The notes beneath the pieces were generated by a model. That model was not told where the DNA came from. It searched no databases and saw only the letters and a program-made list of their open reading frames with translations. Shown piece after piece: positions 55,366-64,000 of a DNA stretch of 64,000 bases. Positions within the stretch are counted from its first letter, which is position 1, and every line of letters begins with the position of its first letter. This DNA comes from Oscillospiraceae bacterium (lineage in GTDB: Bacteria > Bacillota > Clostridia > Oscillospirales > CAG-272): the NCBI GenBank assembly GCA_015064785.1, contig SVRM01000002.1, forward strand, positions 1,618 through 65,617, read 5' to 3'. A program made the translations under genes and the position numbers.

Positions 55366-55490
55366 GTGATTTTTCCTCCATACGTTTTTTTACAGTATAC
55401 CACGATTTCCGGTTTTATGCAATACTTTCGCGCAAATTTTCCTCTATCCTCGTAAATCTTCAAAAATCAGGGAAAGATTGATTATAATTA

Positions 55491-55519
55491 TTGACAAGAT
55501 GCGAAAGATGCGGTATAAT
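55491..55519 (+). promoter_or_regulatory. consensus sigma-A promoter for the ABC-DUF1854-ABC operon
   Basis: TTGACA (55491-96), 17-nt spacer, TATAAT (55514-19). Confidence 0.65.
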
Positions 55520-55617
55520 GTTATCATATACAGCAAACAAATGTTTAACCCACAGAATCAATAAGTTTGTTTCCTGACAAACCATTCCCCAATGATTGAA
55601 AGGAGTCTCATCCGGAT

Positions 55618-57930
55618 ATGCTGCAAATCGATCGGATGCCCGACCAGCTGATTGCTCAGCTTGACAGCCGCGGCATCACCTCCGATTCCATTCTGCTGTG
55701 CGCCAAAACCGACATTTCACCGGAGCATGTGTACTGTGACAACTGGCTTATCGCAACAAAAGACGATCTGATCGTTGTCAGCGGTGTCAAAACACTGCTT
55801 CCGAAGAATATGACACCGGCACAGCGTTTTCTGCATCCCGAACAGCTGCAGTGCGATTTCAAGGAAATCGGATACCAATACTATCCTGTCAAATCCATAT
55901 TTGATCTGAAGCTCGAATCGCTGATCTCCGATGCCCGTATCACAGCGAAACAAAAGGAAAACGAAGAAGAACCGGGAACTTTCGTTCTTTTATCCTATCT
56001 TTCCGGTTCCTCCAAAAACAGCGCCAACCTCTTTATCAAGTACTTCAACCAAATCAAGGAAAAAGGCGAGGTTACCCCGGATGAGGAAGATTTCAAGCGT
56101 GAAATATACTGTCCGAAGTGCGGCCGCCGCTATCCCGATCCAAACCGCAAAATCTGTCCGCACTGTATGGATAAGGGCAAGATCATCAAGCGTATGGGCG
56201 GCTTCTTCCTCAAGTATAAGATGAGCATTCTGACCATTTTTATCATCATGGTGCTGTCATCTATTCTCTCTGTCATTACCCCCTATTTCTCAAACGGCTT
56301 CTTTTATGATGAAATTCTCTCCGAGACCGGTGCTTTCTTCGGAAACATCCTGCTCGTTCTGATGATTATCATCGGTACCAGACTGATCAACATCATCTTT
56401 TCGATGATTACAGGTACCATTTCCGCAAAGATCACCGCCAACGTCGTCTATGACCTGAAAAAGACGATCTTCTCCTCCATCGAACGCCTTTCCCTGTCGT
56501 TCTTTACAGGACGTCAAACCGGCGGTCTGATGACACAGGTCAACTCCGACGCAACCTCAATTTACTGGTTCTTCGTCGACGGTCTTCAGAGTTTCGTCAT
56601 CAATGTCATGACCATCATCGTCATTGTCATTCTGATGTTTGTGATGAATCCGCTGCTTGCATTTCTGTCGCTGATTACCCTGCCGCTGTTCGTATGGGGT
56701 ATCAAGCTGATTTTCTCCAAGCTCGACAAGCTGCACGCCAAGCGCTATTCCTCCCGCCGTTCGATGAATGCACAGCTCTCCGACGTTCTCACCGGTGTCC
56801 GCGTTGTCAAGGCTTTCTCCAAGGAACGCGCAGAAATCAGCCGCTTCCACGCCAAAAGTGAACGTGTCGCTTATGATGACCGTGCGCTGTCGTCGTTTGA
56901 AACCTGGGCATTCCCGTCCGTTGATATGCTTTTGTACATCGGCAACATCATGGTTTGGGCAGTCGGCGGCTGGATGTGCGTCAAGGGCGATCTCACCTAC
57001 GGTACCCTTCTGACATTTGTTACCTATATGAATATGGTCTACGGACCGATGTACTTCTTTGTCGACATGGTCAACTGGGGTGCGGACTGTCTCAACGCCG
57101 TCAACCGACTGCTGGAAATTATGGACGCCGTTCCCGAAGTTGTGGAACGTCCCGATCCCATTCCGATGGAAACGGTGGAAGGCCGCGTCACATTCAGGGA
57201 TGTCGAATTCTCTTATGTCAAAAACCGCAAGGTCATCGACGGGGTTTCGTTTGATATTGAAGCGGGACATGTCATTGGCATTGTCGGTCATACCGGTGCC
57301 GGAAAATCCACGCTGGCCAATCTGCTGATCCGTCTTTACGATGTCAATAAAGGCGAAATACTGATCGACGGCGTCAACGTCCGCGATATGTCCTTTGCCG
57401 ACATCCGCAAAAATATTGCAATCGTCTCACAGGAAACGTATCTGTTCATGGGTACGATCCTCGACAACATTCGCTATGCCCGTCCCGATGCGACCTACGA
57501 GGAGGTTCTGGAAGCCTCCAAGATCGCCGGCGCACATGATTTCATCATGAAGCTGCCGGATGCGTATGCAACACAGATCGGCTTCGGTTACCGCGATTTG
57601 TCCGGCGGTGAGAGACAGCGCGTCTCCATTGCCCGTGCCATTCTGCGCAATCCGAAGATTCTGATCCTCGATGAAGCCACCGCCGCGATGGATACGCAGA
57701 CGGAACGCCAGATTCAGACAGCACTGGAACGCCTGACCAAGAACAGAACGACCATCATGATCGCACACCGTCTTTCCACGCTGCGTTCTGCTGATAAGCT
57801 CATCGTCATCGAGAACGGCAAAATGCCTGAATTCGGTACACACAATGAGCTTCTGGCAAAGAAAGGCATTTACTACAATCTTTACAAGCTGCAGGCAGAC
57901 GCACTGAAGAACGTCGGTATTGAGGCATAA
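55618..57930 (+). CDS. ABC exporter half-transporter (TMD-NBD) with ~190-aa N-terminal PH-like plus C4 zinc-ribbon extension
   Basis: CPKCGRRYPDPNRKICPHC (56110-56166); six TM helices; Walker A GHTGAGKST; LSGGERQR; ILILDEAT. Confidence 0.85.
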   Translation: MLQIDRMPDQLIAQLDSRGITSDSILLCAKTDISPEHVYCDNWLIATKDDLIVVSGVKTLLPKNMTPAQRFLHPEQLQCDFKEIGYQYYPVKSIFDLKLESLISDARITAKQKENEEEPGTFVLLSYLSGSSKNSANLFIKYFNQIKEKGEVTPDEEDFKREIYCPKCGRRYPDPNRKICPHCMDKGKIIKRMGGFFLKYKMSILTIFIIMVLSSILSVITPYFSNGFFYDEILSETGAFFGNILLVLMIIIGTRLINIIFSMITGTISAKITANVVYDLKKTIFSSIERLSLSFFTGRQTGGLMTQVNSDATSIYWFFVDGLQSFVINVMTIIVIVILMFVMNPLLAFLSLITLPLFVWGIKLIFSKLDKLHAKRYSSRRSMNAQLSDVLTGVRVVKAFSKERAEISRFHAKSERVAYDDRALSSFETWAFPSVDMLLYIGNIMVWAVGGWMCVKGDLTYGTLLTFVTYMNMVYGPMYFFVDMVNWGADCLNAVNRLLEIMDAVPEVVERPDPIPMETVEGRVTFRDVEFSYVKNRKVIDGVSFDIEAGHVIGIVGHTGAGKSTLANLLIRLYDVNKGEILIDGVNVRDMSFADIRKNIAIVSQETYLFMGTILDNIRYARPDATYEEVLEASKIAGAHDFIMKLPDAYATQIGFGYRDLSGGERQRVSIARAILRNPKILILDEATAAMDTQTERQIQTALERLTKNRTTIMIAHRLSTLRSADKLIVIENGKMPEFGTHNELLAKKGIYYNLYKLQADALKNVGIEA

Positions 57931-57969
57931 TGTCCCCTCGCCGCAGTATTGATCAGAAAGGAATCTATC

Positions 57970-58524
57970 ATGGCTGAAACGCAAACACCGGTGTCCGCGT
58001 TTGATGCGGTCATCCAAATCCGGTATCTCGACGATACCAACGCCACGTTCACCGAACAGGACGGCTTTCTTTCCCTGAAAACAACACTTCCGAACGACGA
58101 AGGTGTTACGGAAGAGGCATCCTATGAGCGCATTTTCCTGCACAGCGCATTTCCGTTCGATATGCCGCATTCCTACATATCGGTGCTTGATAAGGATCAG
58201 AAGGAAATCGGTATGATCCGTGAATTATCAGCGCTTTCCGAGGCCACCCGGAAAATTCTTCTGGGTGAGCTCGGACGCAAATACTACGCCCCGCGCATCA
58301 AGCGGATTCTCTCTGTCAAGGAGCGCTACGGTTTTTCCTACTGGCGTGTCGATCTGGAAAATGCCTCCGACTTTTCCTTCACCGTTCAGGATACCTACCG
58401 TTCCATGCTGAAGGTCGACCATGAACATGTCTTCATTGTTGACGTTGACGGAAACCGCTTTGAGATTCCGTCCGTCGAAGACCTCGACCGCGCAAGCTAC
58501 AAAAAGATCGAGCTGTATCTGTAA
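57970..58524 (+). CDS. DUF1854 domain protein
   Basis: 184 aa, ATG behind GAAAGGAA. Pattern IFLHSAFPF…YISVLD…EIGMIREL…YAPRIKRIL…YWRVD…VDVDGNRFEIP matches my recollection of the ABC-associated DUF1854 family. Confidence 0.65.
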   Translation: MAETQTPVSAFDAVIQIRYLDDTNATFTEQDGFLSLKTTLPNDEGVTEEASYERIFLHSAFPFDMPHSYISVLDKDQKEIGMIRELSALSEATRKILLGELGRKYYAPRIKRILSVKERYGFSYWRVDLENASDFSFTVQDTYRSMLKVDHEHVFIVDVDGNRFEIPSVEDLDRASYKKIELYL

Positions 58525-58553
58525 TGCTCAGACGAGAAACGAATCAGAGGTGA

Positions 58554-60794
58554 ATGTTCCCCTTGAAACAAAAAAATCCTGTGCATCATACCAATCGGCG
58601 AGCCATGATCTGGGAGCAGATCGTCAAGTGTCTGCCCGAGCTTGACGGAAAAACCCCGACTATGGTGCTGTCTGCCGATCTGACAGTCTCTGACTGCAAA
58701 CCGCAGATCGGATATGCCGCGCTTTGTGAGGATACCTTCTATGTTATCGAACAGGAACGCGAGCGCGCACGGTATCCCCTCTCCGCAATGCGTGAATTTC
58801 ATGCAGTCTCCGGTATCGGTGAGGTTGCGCTGGAATGTCTGGTCGACGGTCGGCTGACAGTTCTCTGCCGCGGTGATCTGTCGCATCAGAATGAATACGC
58901 AACCATTGCAAAGCGCATCAACCATTATATCGATACGGGTCTTTTCGATCCCGATTACGACAAGAGTTATAACCGCTTCTGTCCGAAATGCGGACGCAAA
59001 TACCGTGCAGGTTCCCATATCTGTATGCATTGCGTCGATAAAAAACACATCTTCTCCCGTATGTGGGAGATTGCCAATCCCTATAAATGGTATCTGCTTC
59101 TGTCCGTCATCCTGTTCTTTGTCATCACCGGCATGAACATGATCGGTCCTTATCTGAACCGTCTGCTCGTCGATGAATTCATCACGCCGATGGCATCGAA
59201 TCGGTTTACCGAATTCTCCCTTGTTATCCTGTCCATGTTCGCACTCCGCCTGCTGACAAAGCTGGTTTCGTGGGGACGCTCCATGGCGCTGATTCACGCC
59301 GGCAACCGCATCATCGTCCGCCTGCGTGAAATGGTGTTTGACAAGGTACAGATGCTTTCGATTTCCAAAATTTCCAAGCGTACTGCCGGCGAAATCATGC
59401 AGCGCGTGACCGGTGATACCGCTGAAATTCAGCAGTTTATCGTTCATCGTCTTGCCAACATTCTCGAACAGCTTTTGATTCTGGTCGGTATTTCGATTAT
59501 GCTGTTCATTGAGGACTGGCGGCTTGCGCTGATGATCATTCTGCCGATTCCGATCTGCTCAATCTTCATGCGCATGTTCTGGAGATACACCCATCGTATC
59601 TACCACAAGCAGTGGATCACCAATGCCAAGGCAAGCACCATTCTCCACGACATCTTCTCCGGTATCCGTGTCGTCAAGGCGTTTGGTATGGAGCAGTATG
59701 AAATGGAGCGCTACGACAAGGTCACCTATCAGGAAGCGCAGATTTCCGCAAAGAATGAACGTTTTTATGCAATTTTCCGTCCGCTTGTTGATTTCTTCAT
59801 GCGTATCGGTGAATATTTCCTGCTGGTTTACGTCGGAAATGCCATTCTTGGCGGCGATATGACACTCGGTGAAATGGCACAGTTTTCATCCTATGTCAGT
59901 ATGCTCTACTCCGGTCCTGTCTTCCTGATTGCCAATATTCAGCGTATGCTGACCAGAATCTACACCTCTGTCGTCAAGGTCTTCGATCTGCTCGACGAGG
60001 ATGTCGATATCGGTGACAAGGACGAAGCGAAGGATATCGACATCGTTGGTCAGATTTCCTTTGACAATGTTCACTTCGGCTATGACGATGCAACGGAAGT
60101 TCTCAAAGGTATTACCCTTGACATCCAGCCGGGCGAATTCATCGGTATCGTCGGTAAGTCCGGCGTCGGCAAGTCCACGCTGATCAATCTGGTTATGCGT
60201 CTGTACGAGGTCGAGGACGGTGCCATCCGCATCGACGGCGAAGACATCCGTGATCTGTCACAGGAATGCCTGCGTTCGCAGATCGGTGTCGTTTTACAGG
60301 AAACCTTCCTGTTCTCCGGTTCCATTTACGACAATATCGCATATGCAAAGCCGGATGCCACCCGCGATGAAATCATTGCCGCATCCAAAATCGCCGGCGC
60401 ACATGAATTTATCATGAAGCTGCCCGATGGATATAACACAAAGGTCGGCGAAAAGGGGCATACCCTTTCCGGCGGTGAACGTCAGCGCGTTTCGATTGCA
60501 CGTGCACTGCTGCACAACCCGCGCATTCTGATTCTGGACGAAGCAACCGCTTCTCTGGATACGGAAACGGAAAAACAGATTCAGGACGCGCTGCAAAAGC
60601 TGTCTAAGAACCGCACCACGCTCGCCATTGCACACAGACTGTCCACGCTCCGCAATGCAACCCGTCTGATTGTCCTTGATAAAGGTAAGATCGCCGAGGT
60701 CGGCACACACGACGAGCTGGTTCGCAAACAGGGCATCTACTACGGTCTTGTCATGGCACAGCGTCAGATGTCCAAGATGACCCACGACAATTAA
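58554..60794 (+). CDS. ABC exporter half-transporter (TMD-NBD) with N-terminal PH-like plus C4 zinc-ribbon extension
   Basis: CPKCGRKYRAGSHICMHC (58980-59033); Walker A GKSGVGKST; LSGGERQR; ILILDEAT. Start uncertain (ATG 58554 or 58605). Confidence 0.85.
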   Translation: MFPLKQKNPVHHTNRRAMIWEQIVKCLPELDGKTPTMVLSADLTVSDCKPQIGYAALCEDTFYVIEQERERARYPLSAMREFHAVSGIGEVALECLVDGRLTVLCRGDLSHQNEYATIAKRINHYIDTGLFDPDYDKSYNRFCPKCGRKYRAGSHICMHCVDKKHIFSRMWEIANPYKWYLLLSVILFFVITGMNMIGPYLNRLLVDEFITPMASNRFTEFSLVILSMFALRLLTKLVSWGRSMALIHAGNRIIVRLREMVFDKVQMLSISKISKRTAGEIMQRVTGDTAEIQQFIVHRLANILEQLLILVGISIMLFIEDWRLALMIILPIPICSIFMRMFWRYTHRIYHKQWITNAKASTILHDIFSGIRVVKAFGMEQYEMERYDKVTYQEAQISAKNERFYAIFRPLVDFFMRIGEYFLLVYVGNAILGGDMTLGEMAQFSSYVSMLYSGPVFLIANIQRMLTRIYTSVVKVFDLLDEDVDIGDKDEAKDIDIVGQISFDNVHFGYDDATEVLKGITLDIQPGEFIGIVGKSGVGKSTLINLVMRLYEVEDGAIRIDGEDIRDLSQECLRSQIGVVLQETFLFSGSIYDNIAYAKPDATRDEIIAASKIAGAHEFIMKLPDGYNTKVGEKGHTLSGGERQRVSIARALLHNPRILILDEATASLDTETEKQIQDALQKLSKNRTTLAIAHRLSTLRNATRLIVLDKGKIAEVGTHDELVRKQGIYYGLVMAQRQMSKMTHDN

Positions 60795-60859
60795 ATGATA
60801 CATATCCGACCCGGACGGTAATTTTACCTTCCGGGCACGGCTTTTTGAGGAATTGGTTT

Positions 60860-61645
60860 ATGATAAAAGAACAGGAAAAATTCGCTGACTCCAATCTTCT
60901 GGAAGGTATGGTTTCCATACGTGCAGTTCTGGAGATGCAGGCCTCGTCCCACAATGACCGCAGAATCATTGAGATTCTGTATGCAGAGGAGCGCGTACCA
61001 TCCCACGGAAAAGAGCTTGCATGGCTTGCCCACCGTGCTGATGAATTCGGATTCACGATTACCCAAGCGCCGATGGAGACCCTTGACACAATGGCCATCG
61101 GCAGCTCCCACGGCGGTGTTATCGCACGCACATCGACACGGACGCTGCCCTCCCTGACCGCCGATACCGTCGCCGCCCTTCCCCGTGATGGCTTCTTTGT
61201 GATGCTGGAGGGGATAGAGGACCCGTACAATTTCGGATACGCCATGCGTTCTCTGTACGCCGCAGGCGTGGATGCCATCATTCTGCCAAAGCGCAACTGG
61301 ATGAGTGCAGCCGGCGTTGTCTGCCGTGCATCCGCCGGTGCATCGGAGCGGTTTCCGATGTATGTTGCAGAGGACGGCTGTGATGCGGTCACGCTTCTGC
61401 GTGCGCACGGATGCAGAATCCTGTGCGCGGACATCGAAAACTCGGTATCGGTATATGATGCCGAACTCACGCGCCCGCTCTTTCTGATCGTCGGCGGTGA
61501 AAAACGCGGTATCTCACGCAAGGTTCTGGAAATGGCAGATGCGGTTGTGCGGCTGGATTACGGCAGACCGTTTGACGGTGCACTATCCGCTGCGTCCGCC
61601 GCTTCGATTCTGGCATTTGAGGTTTACCGTCAGAATCGGGGATAA
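60860..61645 (+). CDS. TrmH/SpoU family RNA 2'-O-methyltransferase (RlmB-like)
   Basis: SpoU motifs (LEGIEDPYNFGYAMRS, FLIVGGEKRGIS, LSAASAASILAFEV). ATG 60860 behind TGAGGAA. Confidence 0.8.
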   Translation: MIKEQEKFADSNLLEGMVSIRAVLEMQASSHNDRRIIEILYAEERVPSHGKELAWLAHRADEFGFTITQAPMETLDTMAIGSSHGGVIARTSTRTLPSLTADTVAALPRDGFFVMLEGIEDPYNFGYAMRSLYAAGVDAIILPKRNWMSAAGVVCRASAGASERFPMYVAEDGCDAVTLLRAHGCRILCADIENSVSVYDAELTRPLFLIVGGEKRGISRKVLEMADAVVRLDYGRPFDGALSAASAASILAFEVYRQNRG

Positions 61646-61690
61646 GATGCCAAAATTTACAAACCGGCAAAAGAAAAATCATCAAATCCC

Positions 61691-61719
61691 TTTACAAACC
61701 GCGCAATTTATGGTACAAT
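61691..61719 (+). promoter_or_regulatory. sigma-A type promoter (extended -10)
   Basis: TTTACA (61691-96), 17-nt spacer ending in TGG, TACAAT (61714-19). Confidence 0.45.
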
Positions 61720-61811
61720 GATAAGGAATAGAAGATGTGATTTTTCCGAAATTTTCGGTCTCATCTGCGTCTTCACAAAGAATACAATATCGAAAGGAAC
61801 GGTATTATATC

Positions 61812-62666
61812 ATGAAAACAAGTGTAAGCACCTACAGCTTCGGCAAGTATGTCGAATCCCTCGGTATTTACGGCGTCATCGACAAGGCTGCTGAAATGGG
61901 CTTTGAAGGCATCGAATTCGTCGAATCCGGCTGGTCCAATGTTGATCTCTGTGAACTTCAGAAGATCGGCGAATATGCAGCTGAAAAGGGTCTTGTCCGC
62001 GCATCCTTCTGCGTCGGTGCAGACTTCATCAACGGCTCCGGCGGCGACACCAAGGCGGAAATCGAGGCTGTCAAGGCAAAGGTCGACAAGGCAGCAGCAC
62101 TCGGCGTTGCCAATATGCGTCACGACGTTGCAAGCCAGCCCAGAGGCAGAAAGATCAACATCGGCTACGATGACTGCCTCCCGATCATGGCTGACGCCAT
62201 CCGCGAAGTCACCAAGTACGCAGAACAGAAGGGCGTCGGCACGATGACCGAAAACCACGGCTACTTCAGCCAGGACGCAGCCCGCGTTGAAAAGCTCATC
62301 AACACCGTTGCTCACCCGAACTTCGGCGCACTCGTAGACCTCGGTAACTTCATGTGCGCAGACGAAGATCCCTGGAAGTCTGTCGCTATCATGGCTCCCT
62401 ATGCAAAGCACGTTCATGCCAAGGACTTCTTCCTGAAGAGCGGCATGGAAGTACATCCCGGCTCCGGCTGGTTCCAGACCCGTGCAGGTGACTACCTCCG
62501 CGGTACCATCGTCGGTCACGGTGATGCACATATCTGCCAGAGCATTCAGACGCTGAAGAAGAACGGCTACGACGGCTTCGTTTCCATCGAATTTGAAGGC
62601 TGTGAAGACAACCTCCTCGGCATCTCCTGGGGTCTCGAAAATCTGAAGAAATTCATCGCTCTGTAA
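61812..62666 (+). CDS. sugar phosphate isomerase/epimerase (xylose-isomerase-like TIM barrel)
   Basis: MKTSVSTYSFG…GFEGIEFVE…TENHGYF…HVHAKD…SIEFEG pattern. Confidence 0.8.
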   Translation: MKTSVSTYSFGKYVESLGIYGVIDKAAEMGFEGIEFVESGWSNVDLCELQKIGEYAAEKGLVRASFCVGADFINGSGGDTKAEIEAVKAKVDKAAALGVANMRHDVASQPRGRKINIGYDDCLPIMADAIREVTKYAEQKGVGTMTENHGYFSQDAARVEKLINTVAHPNFGALVDLGNFMCADEDPWKSVAIMAPYAKHVHAKDFFLKSGMEVHPGSGWFQTRAGDYLRGTIVGHGDAHICQSIQTLKKNGYDGFVSIEFEGCEDNLLGISWGLENLKKFIAL

Positions 62667-62681
62667 GCTTTACCAACAGAT

Positions 62682-62712
62682 GAGGGACTGCCAAAATGAC
62701 AGTCCCTCTTTG
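62682..62712 (+). terminator. hairpin terminator
   Basis: GAGGGACTG (62682-90) pairs with CAGTCCCTC (62700-08), then TTTG (short T run). Confidence 0.45.
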
Positions 62713-62745
62713 CGCGTATCCATTCACGGAAAGGAAACCTTTATC

Positions 62746-63444
62746 TTGCAATCTCAACATCCCATTCAGAATCAAACCAAACGATACCGGAAAAAACAGC
62801 TCTCTCCCCGCAAAAAAATCCTGCTCGGTTTGTTGATTATCGCAGCCGTTATGCTCTTCTCCGTCGTCATCTCGGTCATATACGAAGTCTCGGTGAACGG
62901 CGACTACTATTCTGCATTCTATTCCGGCGGAACCGGCTATGAGCCGCTGGATATCCTTTTTGCCCCGGCAGATTATGAGACGAACATCTTTGAAGACAAG
63001 ACCTACATGACAATGAACCGCGATATCAAGTATATCGACGGCGCACAGTCAACAGAAGTAGCGCTTGATGAGGACGGTGCTTATTTCGGTGCCGGACTGG
63101 TATTCTTCCAAAACTATTTCAACTGCGTCATCAACGGAGATTATGAAGGATACCGGGCATTCATCTCTGAGGATTACAGCGAAAAAAATGCATATCCGAT
63201 TCCCGAGCGGTTCACCATGCAGAAAATCCATTCCATCTCTGTTGAACACAGAGGAGATGCAGATCAGATCATTTCGCAAAATGAAGTGCGCCGCTATTAC
63301 ATTGTGAAATATCAGATTTACCAAAACAACGGCACCTTCCGCGACGATATTCGCCCCACCGATGTTCTGCCGCTGCTGTTCGAGCTGACAACCATCGGTG
63401 AAGAAACGAAAATCACCAAAATTGTCAAGTTCCCCGGTGCATAA
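62746..63444 (+). CDS. membrane-anchored hypothetical protein
   Basis: TTG 62746 is 9 nt after GAAAGGAAA. The upstream ATG 62680 lies inside the terminator hairpin. One TM helix (ILLGLLIIAAVMLFSVVISVIY). Confidence 0.5.
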   Translation: MQSQHPIQNQTKRYRKKQLSPRKKILLGLLIIAAVMLFSVVISVIYEVSVNGDYYSAFYSGGTGYEPLDILFAPADYETNIFEDKTYMTMNRDIKYIDGAQSTEVALDEDGAYFGAGLVFFQNYFNCVINGDYEGYRAFISEDYSEKNAYPIPERFTMQKIHSISVEHRGDADQIISQNEVRRYYIVKYQIYQNNGTFRDDIRPTDVLPLLFELTTIGEETKITKIVKFPGA

Positions 63445-63468
63445 ATTCCTCTGAAAGGAGAAAGATTC

Positions 63469-63906
63469 ATGATTGAGTACATGCTGTATATCTGGATCGG
63501 CTTTTTCATTCTCTCTGTCATCGTCGAAGTCAACACGATGAATCTGATTGTCATCTGGTTCATGCCAGGTACGCTGATTGCTATCGTGCTGGCCCTGCTG
63601 TCCGTTCCTGTATGGATTCAGGTACTGGTATGGCTTGTGATTACCGTTGTTGTTTTCGCGGCGACAGGACGCCTCTCCGCGCGTCTGCGTCACCCCAAGG
63701 TGCATCCGACCAACGCTGATCGAGTCATCGGTCAGACCGCGATCGTCACCGAAACCGTTTCCGACCATGAACAGACCGGACTGGTTCGCGTCATGGGTCA
63801 AATCTGGTCTGCGCGGACCGATGAAACCGCAGACGCAATTCCCGTCGGTACCGAAGTACGTGTTCTGCGTATTGAAGGTGTCAAGCTGATTGTCTCACCA
63901 CTTTAA
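63469..63906 (+). CDS. NfeD family protein
   Basis: Three N-terminal TM helices plus a C-terminal OB-fold block (GQTAIVTETV…GLVRVMGQIWSAR…GTEVRVLRIEGVKLIV). Confidence 0.8.
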   Translation: MIEYMLYIWIGFFILSVIVEVNTMNLIVIWFMPGTLIAIVLALLSVPVWIQVLVWLVITVVVFAATGRLSARLRHPKVHPTNADRVIGQTAIVTETVSDHEQTGLVRVMGQIWSARTDETADAIPVGTEVRVLRIEGVKLIVSPL

Positions 63907-63971
63907 CCGACTCTATTTCATGATAAAACTCAAGAAAGGATGACTTTCCAAGCGAAAGTCACGGTAAGATT

Positions 63972-64000
63972 ATGGATCCCATTATTCTTCTTGCATTGAT
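63972..64000 (+). CDS. start of a downstream gene (possibly an SPFH/band-7 partner of NfeD), cut by window edge
   Basis: Only MDPIILLAL… is visible. The SPFH guess rests solely on the usual nfeD-SPFH pairing. Confidence 0.2.

Noticed and set aside
55124-55381. 85-aa minus-strand ORF from the track
   Set aside because: It overlaps the 3' end of the dac-like gene and runs through the terminator hairpin. The 30-codon ORF in another frame, with a proper RBS and stop before the terminator, is the better candidate.
62680-62745. ATG 62680 as the start of the 254-aa ORF
   Set aside because: It lies within the terminator hairpin of the upstream gene. TTG 62746 has a well-spaced GAAAGGAAA RBS.
51785-63801. 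Other long antisense ORFs (51785-52690 +, 56557-57291 -, 58497-59447 -, 60751-61521 -, 61773-62531 -, 63049-63801 -)
   Set aside because: Each opposes a gene with clear family motifs (FkbM, ABC transporters, TrmH, TIM barrel, NfeD). None has an RBS or recognisable domains.
1-64000. Defence islands, prophage, integrative elements, toxin-antitoxin pairs, tRNA/rRNA genes
   Set aside because: I read both strands and found no integrase, transposase, restriction/helicase/nuclease, phage structural or cas-like proteins. I also found no tRNA-like cloverleaf or rRNA sequence.

Overview
Dense two-strand bacterial chromosomal segment with about 60 protein genes. It looks moderately GC-rich by eye (not computed). 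Several features look like a Gram-positive Clostridia-type (Oscillospiraceae/Ruminococcaceae-like) gut anaerobe, which is inference only: GGAGG-type RBSs, TTGACA-17-TATAAT promoters, SpoIID/DUF421/DUF4363 genes, and 'TGTAGGGGCG...' hairpin repeats. Recognisable housekeeping genes are dxs, pepF, coaD, rsmD, uvrC, ptsH, ribF, a TrmH-family methyltransferase and a GyrB/GyrA-family pair. They are interleaved with cytoplasmic glycan and amino-sugar genes: DUF4838, sialate O-acetylesterase, GH28-like, GH18, GH39-like, uxaC, nagA/nagB, three Gfo/Idh/MocA oxidoreductases and two xylose-isomerase-like TIM barrels. A Zn/Mn-type ABC importer is also present. I found no rRNA, tRNA, CRISPR array, transposase/integrase, prophage or recognisable defence-system gene. 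No clear-cut new system is evident. The best candidates for something undescribed are listed here. (1) A six-gene operon of uncharacterised membrane proteins (13.4-17.4 kb) led by a LURP-one/Tubby-like protein, containing tandem paralogs, one broken at a homopolymer. (2) An ABC-DUF1854-ABC triad whose two half-transporters each carry a PH-like plus C4 zinc-ribbon N-terminal module (55.5-60.8 kb). (3) A PBP5/DacF homolog with all three catalytic motifs lost, followed by a self-contained 30-codon hydrophobic mini-gene. (4) A perfect 26-bp inverted repeat bracketing a 92-bp AT-rich segment next to a nonsense-interrupted NUDIX gene. (5) A divergent type IIA topoisomerase pair. Three genes carry disruptions (two 1-nt frameshifts, one in-frame TAA); these could be real decay or assembly error. 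All functional calls rest on motif recognition by eye; no searches were run.
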